From Octopus vulgaris (taxonomy: Eukaryota): a stretch of DNA of 64,000 nt. The position numbers were made by a program, and so were the translations under genes. The notes beneath the pieces are model-generated. The model did not search any database, was not told the origin of the DNA, and saw nothing but the letters and a program-made list of their open reading frames with translations. Shown here in pieces: positions 25,175 to 39,574 of the stretch. Location: contig OX597814.1 of NCBI GenBank assembly GCA_951406725.2, forward strand, positions 49,848,001 through 49,912,000. Reading direction: 5' to 3'. Positions within the stretch are counted from its first letter, which is position 1. Every line of letters begins with the position of its first letter.

Positions 25175-28100
25175 ATGATTCAAAAGCGGATGAGTATTAA
25201 GACATGTAGAGCTCAAAACTAAAGGATTTGTTTCCCAATGGTTCGTGTTCAAATCCTGTCGGAGACGACTTTGACCTTCCATTCCTTTCACGAAAAATAA
25301 TTTCAAGAGAAGTACTGCTGTTGATTTAATCGGTATAAATATGGGATCTTCCACCAGTGTAATAAATTTCTATCCATAATTACCACTTCTGTAAGCAGTC
25401 TAACTTGCTGTGTTTTGAGGTCTCTGGGTGTGACTTGGTACGGTTCGCATAAAATAAAGCAATATCAGAACATAATAACAATAATGGCTCTAAATTTTGA
25501 CACAAAATCATCAATTTCATGCTCGATTGGTACTTATTTTATCAACCCCGAAAGAATGAAAGGCAAAGTCGAGCGCGGAAAAATTTGAAAGCATAAAAAT
25601 AAAGCATTTTCGGATCAATTAAACTTTGAAAAATCGACATCCGCTATGTAATTGTTCTTTCATTGATTATATTTATCATTATTCTGCTCACAAGTGCTGT
25701 TGGTATTGCTTCTCCACGCCTCCATAAAACCAAAGCTTTATTAACATATTACCTACATTAGTGTCCGGAAGATTGAACATCAAATTAAGCAGCCAATAGA
25801 TTTTCTCTTGGATCGCTGTGAAAGTTAATCAGTAAGTAAAAACAGGCCTCTCTTCCTGCATCCTCAGATCCCCGTCAACGCCTTCTAGTCGAGCCCATTG
25901 GTTTTGTTTTTTTTTTCTCTGCAGAGGAATGGATTGTTACGATTGGGAAAAGGCTTCGGCTTCGTTAACTTCAGGGACTGAGAACGAGCCGATCTCATCC
26001 CCTATTTCCACTGGAATATGAAGATCGAAATGATACCAGAGATTATTGGAACGTTAGGATTTCTGAAGAAGGGAATGGAAAAGTTCACAAACCGTATCTG
26101 GTGAACATCAACATTAGTGTAACCCAGAAGATCTTACTTCTTGGAACAGCTTACATGTTACCGGAAGTGCTGTCAATCATGTGACATCTCTGTAGTGCCT
26201 CAAGACTACAGTTTGACCCGGTCCTACGGGATATAAAGCAGGACTCACAAAAAGAACAATAATAACGGCTTCTGATTGAGGAACAAAGAGGGGACGAGAT
26301 TAGTCGATACCATCGACGTTAGTGCTTGACTGGTACTATATACATTATCGAATCCGGAGGGGAAAAAAGGAAATCAATCCCGACAGGATCTGTACTAACA
26401 ATGTAAAGAGTCTAAGCAAATATTGCAAGGGTCTTTTTTTTTCTGACGCTTTTCCCAGTCTACCAGCTTGCCAATTTAAATCTTAGTTTCTGATTTAGTC
26501 ATGACCAACAATTTTAAGGTGAGGCAGCTAGTCAATAACATTGATCCAAGTATTTAACTAAAGGCGTATCTGACCTCATTCGTTTTGGGGGCTGGAACAG
26601 TCGATTAGATCGACTGGGTTTTATTTTATCTCCCTTGGAGTGACGAAAGGCATACTGACTCTGGCGGGACAACTTGATAATGTACAAAGTTATAATACTG
26701 TCGTGAAAAGTAAGACAATATGAAGAACTCCAACAGCTTTACGAATCGTTTCTCGTTAGATTTCATTTCGTAAATTTTATTCATTGCTTTATACGGAGAA
26801 TATTTATTTCTAGTTGCTCTTTCTCAGGTAGCCCTGAAACCTAAGTCTTTATTTGTTTTTGTAGGAATGGAAGAGAAATGTGAATGACTTGAAATACCTA
26901 CACCAGTAATTAAATTCTTTCGCAGACTTGACTTATTTTCTATTTAAATGATTTTCTCAAGCTTTTCATTGAAGAGAGTATAGTCCCTTATTATTTATTG
27001 ACAATTTGAGGGTAGAAGTGGTAAACTATTGGACAATCTGATTTTCGATATTTAGTTAGATCCTTTTACTTTATGACTTTATATTTCACCAAAGTCAACT
27101 TTTCCTTTTAACTATCGGGGGTAATTCAATCGACGATACTTCTCTTATCGCTAATGTTCAAAGCTGATATCAATGGTTATTTATGACTCTTCCTTAGACT
27201 TGATAAATATGTACGAGCCGTACTAAGGACATGACCTCGTTATGATGCTAGAAATCAATATTATTGATAGTTTATCCGTAGAAGAAATGTAACAGTTACA
27301 TTGCCGATATTTGATAATAATATATAGAGCCATGTTTTGACTTCAAATACTCTTGACCCGAAATACTTTCGTCCTTTAAAATACGAACGGTCAAATACTG
27401 GTGTTGATTTAATCGACTTTACTCTCCTCCAAATGTGTAACCCTGTACCAGTGCTAGAGATTATTATTTTATAGCGCGGTCTCTGCTCTTCAGACTGTAT
27501 TACATATTCTAAATGTTGCTGAAAGGAGATGAAAGTACATATTTAGAACCCACTTTGCCTACCACTCAGTTCTATCGCTGGATTTCAGCAACAATGACTT
27601 CCAATTACTGTGACTAAAAGTAATGCTACTCTTAGTCCACCAAGGACTTCAACTCATCCCTAAACTTACAAACTCTGCTTCTACTCATCATCTACTAGAC
27701 TATGTAACATACTATAGTGAAGAAATTCGCCTCGCATCACGTTTTCTTTGATATTACCACTCTCATTGACTTTCATGTAAGAAACTCTTCTCAACTCACA
27801 CACATCTTCATCACTGTTGCTGATGACATAGACAACAAATGTTTTTTATTGAACTGTATGCCCCAACTAGTATTCTCGCTTATCTGCTCTCTTATATACA
27901 GGATTTTCTCATTTCTAAATACATTTATTACCAAGGTGCTACTGTCTCCGCGCCCCATTAAATGGCCCGATCACCTAAGCAAAGTAGCACACCATCGGAA
28001 AATGGTATTTCAGGTATGTTTTCTTCTAGCCTAGTTTTATGTCGACTAGCCCTCGCAGTACAAGTGTCACTCCAACTCAACTGAGTCAATTAAACGGATG

Positions 28101-28690
28101 ACCAATGCAATGCTTCTAGTTTATCCTTTCATATCCCTCACACAACAAAAGTCCATAATCCAAAACGTCCTAGAGTGTTGTACGTAGTATTGCTACAGCA
28201 GTATGAACGAAAACTGTGAAATTTCCAGAGGAAATCACCTACGATTGTCACCAACAGGAATCATTTACTCAGAACTACAGCATTGCAAAACTATCATCAG
28301 TAAGGCAAAACATGTTTTGTGCATCACACAGCCTACAGTTTTTGTTGCCTTCTAAATTGATTCTTTGATCGGTCGATCTCAACTAAGTTTGCGGAATCTT
28401 TCTACCTTCACCTTCTTAGGCAAGATGTGTATGTTATCAGCATTCCCACCGAAAAAGTTTCCATCTTTTATGCCCACATCACTTCTCCTAAAATGTCCAT
28501 CGCCACTCCTGCAGAACATGTATAACCTTATCTAGTTAGGTCCCTTTGCATTTTCAGTTCAAACTCCATTAAAGTAACTTTATCTTTCATTACGCCAAAT
28601 CGCTAAAACAATCGCCTGTAATATACCGGGGTCAATTAAATCAACTCCACATCTAGCCAATATCTTTTTTTTTGTTCTCCTGTGAGAAAC
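25175..28690. repeat. Cluster of old SINE family A fragments (e.g. ~25175-25345, 25485-25610, 26270-26470, 27320-27470, 28550-28690)
   Basis: Degenerate matches to the core (ccccgaaagaatgaaaggcaaagtcga; gttcaaatcctgtcggagacgacttt). Confidence 0.5.
26010..26266 (+). pseudogene. Dong-like LINE extreme 3' fragment
   Basis: WNMKIEMIPEIIGTLG..QKILLLGTAYML..VLSIM*, then a UTR ending in aataataa. Confidence 0.75.
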
Positions 28691-29466
28691 CATTACTGTA
28701 TTATGTAGCAGAATGTTGGCAATTCAGATTCGGTTAAGTGTTACAAATCGGTTTTCCTCGAAAACGTTATACACGTGAGCGTCACCAGTTCCTGTATATA
28801 AAACTTATTTTTTAAAAATGAATTTTTATTAATATATCCCATATGGCAAGGAAAATAATTTAGTTGAAACTTGGAATACACTCGCAGGGATAATCTACTA
28901 ATGGATACCTCAAATATTAAATAGTCACGTGTCTAAAATTTATTAATTTAATTAAAAATTCAGATGTATTAACTGCGAAGTTGGTAACGTATGGAATTAA
29001 AAATAATGTTTTAACTAATCGATTTATTATATTTTCACGACAGACGTTTCCTAGTGAAGTTTGTAATCAATGGAATTGACTGTAGGATATGTCTGGTTAT
29101 TGTTTCACCGACTATCGTTAGATAAATTCTCAACAAACAGAGACTAGAGCGCGGTTTTCCTTCTTGTGTAAAGCTACTTAAGTTCCAAAGCCCCTTGGGA
29201 AATCCATAGCCATTGGATTTTCCTCGATTTCTAAAATATGAGGTATTTGTGAGAAGAATTCAGTTTTCATCTTTAGTATCTTTATACACTTTGAATAGTC
29301 GTTATTATTGAGTCATGCGTTTTTGATAGATGCTTGATACGTCTACATACAACAGAACGTTCTCAGTCAACCTTGGCTACTACTTAGATAAAGAAAAAGG
29401 AAAAACAAAAGCAAAAAAAAACCCCAAAAAAACAAAAAACCCGACAGGAAATATGTCATGTATATA

Positions 29467-30292
29467 AGAGGCGCGTTCAAAACGTATCTGACTTTATTTT
29501 TCTCCGCCAAAGCAAATGTTTTGCGTGGGTGGTGATGCCACCCTTCCTGCACATGCGTGAAAATTTTCGTGTTGGTAGGCTGCGGCGGTTCCCGGCTGTT
29601 ATGCTTAGTGTACAGACGTGTAGCATGCGCTCGTCGGTTTTTCGTTTTCACCAAATGAATAGAGCAGAGATATTGCATCAAGTTTCGCCAGAAACTTGAT
29701 GAAACTCAAGCACCAGAAGATTCAGCTGACCCTTGGCGATGGTGTGATATGCAAAACTCAGATCAAGGAGCGGTACAATCGCTTCAAATATAGCCGCACC
29801 TCAGTGGTCAGCGAGGAGCCGAGATGAAAAGCTAATTAAGAAGTTTCGGCGAATAGTCATGGTAGACCGTCGTGTAACAATCCGGGAAATTGCTCACGAA
29901 GTGAAATAAACACAGGGTCAGAGCATTGCATTTTAACAGAGGATTTGTGCATGCGGAGATGTTCGGTAAAATTCGTCCCCAAGATGCTGGCGGAGGATCA
30001 TAAGCAACTCTGCATGGAAATCCGTCAGGACATGCTAGACTTTGCAAACTACGTCCCAGGCTTCACGAAGACCATCACCACAGGTGACGAGTCGTCTTGC
30101 GTGGAAACGAGAATCCGATGTGCGCACACAACACGATTGCACACTAGAGAAGAAGTGAAGTGGCCTGCCGGCGCGAAAATCTTTGTGTATGCGCAAGAAG
30201 GTAGGCGTCACCTCCCCCATCGAAAGATTTTATCCATGCAGCATCAGTTTTGACGAGAAAAAATAAAGTTGGATACTTTTTAATGCATCTCC
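29467..30292 (+). mobile_element. Internally deleted mariner (Tc1/mariner) element
   Basis: TA flanks and long imperfect TIRs. Transposase remnants EQRYCIKF, TIREIAHEV, KFVPKML (WVPxxL-like) and ITTGDES (first catalytic D). The rest of the catalytic domain is missing. Confidence 0.85.
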
Positions 30293-30839
30293 TATATTTG
30301 TTGTTCTTTGGTATTATTGATGACTTAATACCAAATACTATATAAAATCAATGACTTAATACCAAATACTATATACTAAATACATGTATACTTAATTCTT
30401 GGGCAAAATCAATATTGACACACTTTTCAATTACAGGTACAATCCACCCGGATTGTATACAGTTTCGTAAACCCCAAGACTATAATAATTGGTAATTTCT
30501 CAAGATGTTCCGTAGTTTGATTGAATCTCATATTTGCGAAGCAAACTTCATAACAATTTGACCGTAACAAGTTGACTAGGTAGCACTAGGCAGTGGTGAG
30601 AAATAAACTTCAGGTTATTTCAAATATGTTTGTGGCATATTTTAACTTCCAGAAGGCAATTTTACTGTAACTTACTGCGGAAGAAAATTTCTCGCTTACG
30701 GTAAAAGGGTGTAAAAGCACCTTATCTGCTCATTATCGTCCGCTATCGGACACCTGGTAATATCGGTGCATCCGACGAACTGTGACGTTTGAGTTGCATG
30801 CTGATAGGTCAAAACCGTATTTCGAAAAATTCAGCTTGT

Positions 30840-30924
30840 CGGAGCCTTCTAAAAGGTATAAAAAGGAAGAAGTCAGTAATTTCGGAGCCTTCTAAAAGGT
30901 ATAAAAAGGAAGAAGTCAGTAATT
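30840..30924 (+). repeat. ~43-bp tandem duplication
   Basis: cggagccttctaaaaggtataaaaaggaagaagtcagtaattt occurs twice. Confidence 0.9.
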
Positions 30925-31206
30925 TCACAACAATTGTAAAGCACTCACCTCAACTGTCAGTCAATACATTTTGAAATCTGGTAATTTCTACGAACGTATG
31001 AAAGCACTAATTGAACTTTATGAACACTACTAAATATTTTTTAATGTTTAACAAACTTCAATATTGTAAAAAAAAATTTTTTTAATACAATAATAAAAAA
31101 CATGAAAGCTAGACCATGTTGTAACTTTATTCAACTGATACATTATTCTATACAGATTTCCTCAAATTCGGAAATTTATATATGTATATATATATATATA
31201 TATATG

Positions 31207-31472
31207 TATATATTATAAGAAATGAGGTAATCAGAAGATCGGATCGTTTATATTTACAGATATTTATTTATATATTACATTTTATATATATATATATATC
31301 ATATCACTTAGATCATTAGCGCTTTCTCCCATTCTAGTGGGGTTTTCAAATCAAAATAAGTTCCTTTGTGGGGAATTTTAATAATTTTATAGAGTTTCGT
31401 AGTGGTGGGGAGGAATATAAGACAGTACAAGAGGGTGAGGTGGATGAGGAGAAAGTGAGAGAGAGAACATGT

Positions 31473-31541
<69 letters not shown>

Positions 31542-32818
31542 TATCTGAGGTGAGTGCTAAAGAGAAAGAGGGGAAGGGAGAGTGAAGAAGAAGGAAAGAA
31601 TTTTTTTGGTCTGCTGGACAGAATATTGACTCCAAGGGGGTTCTAAGAATTTCAGCTTTGACCACTTCACAGTGTCACTGAGTGTGTGGTGGCGGGGAGG
31701 TAGGCCATAATATTGACTCCAAGGGGGTTCTAAGAATTTCAGCTTTGACCACTTCACAGTGTCACTGAGTGTGTGGTGGCGGGGAGGTAGGCCATAAATT
31801 ATATTTCCTTTTATCATTGTGAGAATGGTCAAATGCTTTTTTGGGTTTAAGAATTCTTTCCACTTTTTATGATCGTTTTGTGGAGGTGTGTGTGTCTGTG
31901 TGTGTGTGTCCGTGTAATTTTTGTAATTTACTTGATCTTTACTTGCCAATTGTCATTCTAATTTTAACCTTCCTATGATATGCAATTTTCAAGATGATGT
32001 AATTTGATTGTTCATTTTGAATCGATAGAAGGTTTTTATTTCTAATATTTCATGTATAAGCATGTATATATATATATAGTGACATTGAAGGACACATCTT
32101 TCGATTTACAATCTAATATAGTAGAACATTTAGTATATGTCTGTATATGTATATATATGTGTGTGTGTATATATATATATATATTGCCTGTTATATACAT
32201 TATCTTATTTTTATAATTTACTTCATCCTTACTTTTTAATTGTCACTTTAATTTTAACTTTCCTATGATATACAATTTTCAAGATGGTGTAATTTAGTTG
32301 TTCATTTTGAACCGATAAAAGTTTTTTTTTCAAATATTTCATGTATAAGCGTGTATATATATATATAGTGGTATAAATATCAACACAATTTTTTCCCCTT
32401 CCTCTCTTACTTTTCTTTTTCTTTTTTTGTCTCTCTCCCCTTCTCCAAACACACAGACACGCACACGTACACACACACGCACATACACACACACACACAC
32501 ACACACAGACACACACGAACACACACACAGACACACACACAGACACACACACACACACCTCCACGAAACGATCATAAAAAGTGGAAAGAATTCTTAAACC
32601 CAAATAAGCATTTGACCATTCTCACGATGATAAAAGGAAATATAATTTATGGCCTACCTCCCCGCCACCACACACTCAGTGACACTGTGAAGTGGTCAAA
32701 GCTGAAATTCTTAGAACCCCCTTGGAGTCAATATTCTGTCCAGCAGACCCCAAAAATTCTTTCCTTCTTCTTCCCTCTTCCTTCCACTCTTTCTCTTTAG
32801 CAATCACCTCAGATACAA

Positions 32819-32882
<64 letters not shown>

Positions 32883-33160
32883 ACACACATACACATACAC
32901 ACATGTTCTCTCTCACTTTCTCCTCATCCACCTCACCCTCTTGTACTGTCTTATATTCCTCCCCACCACTACGAAACTCTATAAAATGATTAAAATTCCC
33001 CACAAAGGAACTTATTTTGATTTGAAAGCCCCACTAGAATGGGAGAAAGCGCTAATGATCTAAGTGATATGATACATATATAAAAAATGTCATATATAAA
33101 TAAATATATGTAAATATAAACCATCCGATCTTCTGATTACCTCATTTCTTCTAATATATA
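31207..33160. mobile_element. ~2-kb fold-back element, probable Penelope-like inverted 3' ends
   Basis: Arms ~31207-31910 and ~32530-33160 are reverse complements. KWSKLKFLEP-GVNI resembles the PLE GIY-YIG C-terminus. The spacer holds a ~165-bp direct repeat. Flanked by (TA)n. Confidence 0.7.
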
Positions 33161-33185
33161 ATACCTGTACATCATCTCCAAACCT

Positions 33186-33222
<37 letters not shown>

Positions 33223-33428
33223 TAAATAAAACATATGCATATATATATACATATATGTACGTACCAACCTCTACATGTATATATACACGCATATATATAT
33301 ATTGATAAAAAAATATATATATATTGATAAAAATGGTAAGACAACAAAAGAATGAAAGAGACCTCGATATTATGTAAATAGAGGAATTTATCTGTAAATG
33401 TAACATGTGACAATTATTCGGTAGCCAT

Positions 33429-33489
33429 GATAAAACTGCGAGTTTCGGATGTCGGGGTGGAAATCCACGCCGCCATCTCTTCAGTTATC
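33429..33489 (-). ncRNA. Type I hammerhead ribozyme motif
   Basis: gauaa-CUGAAGA-[gauggcggcgugg auuu ccaccccgacauc]c-GAAA-cu(cgc)ag-UU-uuauc, with a 5-bp stem I. Confidence 0.75.
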
Positions 33490-33588
33490 CGGCCATCGGA
33501 AAAATACTACGAAAAATGACATTTACAGATATACATATACACATACACACATACATACATACATAGGTACATGCATGCACATACGCAC

Positions 33589-33655
<67 letters not shown>

Positions 33656-34502
33656 ATTGTTTGAAGTAACTGTGTTTTCAAATTGTTAAAAAAAGTAAAT
33701 GTAGATATAAGAATAAGTGGAATAATCCAAAGCGATACGAGCCCCACTGAAATAAGCTTAATATATATTTTCCTTAGCACCACCGCCACGGTCGCCGCCG
33801 CTGCCACCACCACCACCACCACCACCACAACCACCACAACCACCACCTCTCCTGTCGACATCATGCACGACTGAAACCATCATCATTAGTACCATAGTTA
33901 ATATTTCCATCTTTACCATCCTCACCACAAACTTCACCTCCACCACCTACACCAGCTCAGACACCTTACTGCCTTAAAAACAGGAAGCAATTAAATATTA
34001 TAATTCCTGTCATGCAAAAATGTCCTTTGATTTTAGGGCTTTTTTGATGAGTGATGATGTCCTGAGCTAAAACTATAAACAACAAAAACAGCAGTTGCAG
34101 AACCAGCAGCAACAACAGCCTCAATAACAAAACAACAGTAACAACAACTGAAGCCGCAGCTGCCCTGGAAATAACATACGATATTATATTATCTAACTTT
34201 TAATATATGAAATTCCATTATTTTAGAATGCAACAGTTAGAAACTTAGAAATACGAATACTTTTGTTTTACTTAATAAGGAAGTTGTTTTTCAGTAAATG
34301 AATGCAACTTGTCTGTGGTTATCAGTGAAAATTGCAAACGAATACTGATAATATCAGATGGTTTCAACGACTCCTCACTTGTGCGATGCCCAATGTACTC
34401 CAACTAAGCACGCTGCCCCAAACCATTTGGAATAAATAGATGAAACATAGTAATTAATGAAAGCAACAAAAGACGATAAAGAAAAGAGCAAAGGTTAGTA
34501 AA

Positions 34503-34571
<69 letters not shown>

Positions 34572-34975
34572 GGATATATCGGTTTGAGGGTGGAATATGA
34601 TTCCGCTAGGGTAGAACAGAATACAAAATATACAATATATTAGTAATGAAAATGACTGCAGTAGCAACAACAACATCAGCAACAACAACAATTATAGCAA
34701 TGAGATGAGAAGAAGGGAAGCAACAACAATAGTAACAAGCCAAGCAGAAGAATAACAACAACGGCAGAGATAGCAGCGTAAGTGTACCTGAAAGAAATTT
34801 GACAGACATGAGCTGGCAGTGGTAGTCGGGTCAGTGTCTGTCATGCGGTCAGAGCTCTAGACAATTATTCGTTGAAAGATGCATAATTAAGTTAGAATTC
34901 AATTATAGATACACTAAGATATAAGTTACAAACCAGAAGATAAAACGGATTGGCTTAGAGATGTTGGGGATTTCA

Positions 34976-35063
<88 letters not shown>

Positions 35064-35117
35064 CGCATATGTATATACATACACGTATACACATATTTAT
35101 ATATATATTTATATATC

Positions 35118-35169
<52 letters not shown>

Positions 35170-35418
35170 AACACACACATATTTATGTATATATAAATGT
35201 GTGTGTGTGTTTATGTATATGGTATGTGTGTATATACGCATGTATTAGTCAGGTGAGGAAAACAGTAAATAAAGCGAACGTCCGGTTCGTTTGACATGGT
35301 TTGTTCTGGAATTATAAAATGCGTCCTTTACTACGACTGTCGTCTGCACGTTATCAACCGACGGTGTAACGAGTGTCTTATCTAATTAGGACTGACTACC
35401 TCAGGTGGAAGTAGCCAG

Positions 35419-35524
<106 letters not shown>

Positions 35525-35963
35525 CTAGTGAACATCTTGGAACATAAACGGCACGATAGAATGAAGCGGGAAACTAGCGACATGGGACCATTTATAATCT
35601 CCTTTGAAAGCAACAAAACGGTTAAGTCAAAGAAACGGGCAATCACAAATGATTACTGCTCTATCTAATTATCAATGCAGAAGAAGAAGTAAATCGAAAG
35701 AGTAGTAACAGAGGCAGCAACAGCAAAAATTGTTGAGTTGTTGATATTAGGAGTAATATGTTCTCTTTTGTATTCAATGTGTGATGGGGTATGGTGTGTA
35801 TGTTGATGGGACGGCTATCATCTCTCAAGATGAAGCAATCATTATGCATGTATGTATTTGTGTGTGTGTGCGTGTGTATGTATGTATGTATGTATGTATG
35901 TATGTATGTATCTGTCTGTCTGCCTGTGTGTTTGCCCGCCCGCCTGTCTGTCTGCTTGTCTGC

Positions 35964-36095
<132 letters not shown>

Positions 36096-36601
36096 AAAAA
36101 ATGTATGCATGCTTCAATAGGTAGGCTACAGTTTTGCATCTGGGTGGCTGAAATTTTGCGTAGTGGCTCATCTTTTCGAACAGCAAGTCATAAATCATAC
36201 GACACATTCTTAAATTTTACTTTTTAGCCCCTGAAAGGTACACTAAAAATATCGTATATCACCAAACACAGCAATTGACATTAGAAACAGTTACACATTA
36301 GGAACAAACAAAAACAAAAACATCCATTTCGAGTAACCATGTAAATTAGTACAATATATGGAAAACATATATGTAAAGAAATGAATTATATTTTAGATTC
36401 TATGATATATTTGTTTATTTTTGCATTCTTATGAAATCCAGTTTGAACGATGTAAAGGAGCAGTAATTGTGGGTGATTCAAAGTTCTAGAACCAATGGTG
36501 ATGGTCAGCGCCTTTTGAAAGTAAATTCCACCAAATATAGTGAATTCATGTTTATTTTAGCTATGAACAAACGTCGTAAGGCCAGGAAAAGCTAGTTGGG
36601 A

Positions 36602-36640
<39 letters not shown>

Positions 36641-36643
36641 TTT

Positions 36644-36732
36644 ATGCAGCTGAAGATTGCTCTACATTTTAAATTGATGTAATGATTGCATTGTTCAATT
36701 AAATAGAGTTACATGAAACGATCGTACTGCAT
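36644..36732 (+). ncRNA. Type I hammerhead ribozyme motif with extended stem II
   Basis: augcag-CUGAAGA-[cucua..aauuga..ucaauu..uagag]-GAAA-cgaucg-UA-cugcau. 6-bp stem I and palindromic stem III. Confidence 0.8.
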
Positions 36733-36762
36733 TACCTCTGGATATCCTTGTCACTTATTTTG

Positions 36763-36812
<50 letters not shown>

Positions 36813-36866
36813 GCATATACATATGCATATACATATACATACACACACTCACACATATACACACAC

Positions 36867-36931
<65 letters not shown>

Positions 36932-37063
36932 CAAATACAAATTTTAAATAATAAGGGTGAAAAATTGAATATTAATTCGATTAATATCAATTTAAAACCA
37001 GTGGTCTAGCATATTGAAAAATCTGAAGTTTCAGAAAAAATTATATTACATACATATGAGGGA

Positions 37064-37128
<65 letters not shown>

Positions 37129-37141
37129 CATATACATACAT

Positions 37142-37204
<63 letters not shown>

Positions 37205-37234
37205 CATACATACATGCATATATATATACATATA

Positions 37235-37290
<56 letters not shown>

Positions 37291-37734
37291 GGCCACTAGT
37301 GTATATACATATACACGCATGCACACACTCATGCACACACGTACACGCACACACACACATTACATATATGTATAAATATATGTATAATTTATTGCCAATT
37401 TTACTCACTTCTATTAATAGATTATATCTGTATGCCTAATTTTTTATGGTACATCGTAATGTTGTTTACATTATTCATATCATTCAAAAGCAGTGAAAGA
37501 ATAATTTTTCTTGTGTCATAAACATATTTCATAGTATCACACCACTGATATAATTTGGCATATATTGCATACGCTATATTTTGGCGGTCCTTTCTTGCCA
37601 GTGTGTTTTGCCACAGTACTGTATGGCTGAGTAGTATTTGTCTTGTATGTTTCTCTCATACTAATATTTGACATCGGCAGAAGAAACCTAGCAAAATAAC
37701 AGGACATGGGAGCCAACGAAGCAACTTCAACGTG

Positions 37735-37900
37735 ATCGCTCGACCTGCTAGAAATAGCGTCCAAATCTCCTTGAAATTATATCTACCATATAGAAAAGAA
37801 AGATATATTAGAGAACCAAGTTCTAGATACGAAATACACATAAAAAGACTAGCTGGTTATGGACGAGAAGCCTTTGAATATATGTTTATTCAGCCAGTAC
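37735..37900 (+). repeat. Dispersed repeat (cgacctgctagaaatagc..ccaaat) family
   Basis: Related copies near 1120-1190 (-), 45715 (+), 59680-59750 (-) and 59830-59900 (+). Confidence 0.5.
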
Positions 37901-38689
37901 TAATCTTTCTTCCTATGCCAGTAATGTTTTAGAATATTTTAGCATTTACTTATATCAATTTAATAGTTTTAAAAATGTGGCCTAACTCTTTTGAGAGAAA
38001 TCATTATACAGGTAAATTTATATTAATTAGAATTTGATATGTATGGAGAAGGAGGTGGCTAGTCCCCCATTGCTTGAATACTATCATTAGGAAAGGTCAA
38101 GCAATTGATACTCGTTATCACACTAGTGTGTGGTAAATAGATATTAATATTGATTAAATATCACAAATTTATTTTGTATAACTCACAATATGTTCTTGAC
38201 TATAGATTTATCAAGAATAATGAACTAGAAGATTCACGTATTTAAAATCTGTAATAGTTTTTCCATAATGATATATAATCCACCATTCTCAAGCTTTTAA
38301 AGCCAGCTGGAATTCTCATCGAGCAGTATAGTTTTTTTATTTTTTTGAAAACATAATGATATTAAAAACCATCGTCGCGTATGTTATAATTTTGTAAAAG
38401 CATAACTTTTAGGAGTAATTCCCTAAAGGTTGCTGAATAAATATTTTTGATATAAAATTGAATGAACATACAGTTATGATTTTTTCGATCTTATTAAACA
38501 ATTTTGTTATTCTATTTAGTTAGAAGGGAAAGCTCAGTATCCATGACAATTACAGACTCTCACGGACTTGCGAGAGTGATACGGTTAATGTTCAGTTTGA
38601 ACAACTGTAGTTTGGAGATGGGAAGGGAATTCGAAAGGATTGCGGTTATTAGAAAGAAGAATTGTACGAAGTGTTTAGTGCAATATCTC

Positions 38690-38975
38690 TGGGGCGAAAG
38701 AAAACGGAAGGGAGAAGTAAGTTGAGACAGGGAGGAGAACACATGAAGCAAGCACGCCCAGAAGATTACAAGCCATAGAAGTGTGGGAAAATATAGCGGC
38801 TTTGAAACAGTGGTTGTAGTATATTGGTGAATGAAACTTCCACTCATGCACGGACCCGTTTTGTTGATGATATTTATGATCATTGGGCATATAGCAACAG
38901 ACACGTGAACTGCAATACGATGGAACAAGCAATATATTCAGGTTTGTGACAGTTGTGGGTTGACGTATCAACGGG
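38690..38975 (-). pseudogene. Decayed LINE C-terminal fragment (CR1/Jockey-like)
   Basis: YYNHCFKAAIFSHTSMACNLL resembles the '..SFF.RT...WN.LP' C-terminal motif. Confidence 0.35.
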
Positions 38976-39203
38976 CGTAGGATATTATATATATAATAAT
39001 AAATATTAGGGAATAAATCCAAACTTACAGGGAAAAATCGGATTTAGGATTGAATCCAATTTTATAGTAAAATATTATATTATATTAAATTAGAGACAAA
39101 ACCACTATTAGGCAAATCAAACAATGAAAGACTTAAGCCAATACATAAATTAATTTATATTATTTAAATATGTAACAATTATTAAAAAAATATAATTAAC
39201 ATC

Positions 39204-39264
39204 CACTACGATCGTTTCCTGGCTGCTGTCATCAAATTTTTAGGTCGCAGTCATTCATCAGGTG
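39204..39264 (-). ncRNA. Type I hammerhead ribozyme motif (core intact)
   Basis: cac-CUGAUGA-a-ugacugc..gcagcca-g-GAAA-cgaucg-UA-gug. Confidence 0.75.
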
Positions 39265-39336
39265 CTTCAAAATTTTTCTTGGTGAGTTTTAAACAATGAG
39301 TTCATTGTTTAAAACTCGCCAAGAAAAATTTTGAAA

Positions 39337-39397
39337 CACCTCATGAATGACTGCGACCTAAAAATTTGATGACAGCAGTCAGGAAACGATCGTAGTG
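39337..39397 (+). ncRNA. Type I hammerhead motif with core mutation (CUCAUGA)
   Basis: cac-CUCAUGA-a-ugacugc..gcaguca-g-GAAA-cgaucg-UA-gug. The G5C change probably inactivates it. Confidence 0.6.
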
Positions 39398-39515
39398 GAT
39401 ATTAATTATATTTTTTTAATAATTGTTACATATTTAAATAATATAAATTAATTTATGTATTGGCTTAAGTCTTTCATTGTTTGATTTGCCTAATAGTGGT
39501 TTTGTCTCTAATTTA

Positions 39516-39573
<58 letters not shown>

Positions 39574-39574
<1 letters not shown>

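Larger units (their letters stand above)
38995..39525. mobile_element. Spacer-less palindromic element (~225-bp arms) carrying two hammerhead copies
   Basis: Arms 39075-39300 and 39301-39525 are near-perfect reverse complements with the centre at aaacaatgag|ttcattgttt. Flanked by (TA)n. Confidence 0.9.
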
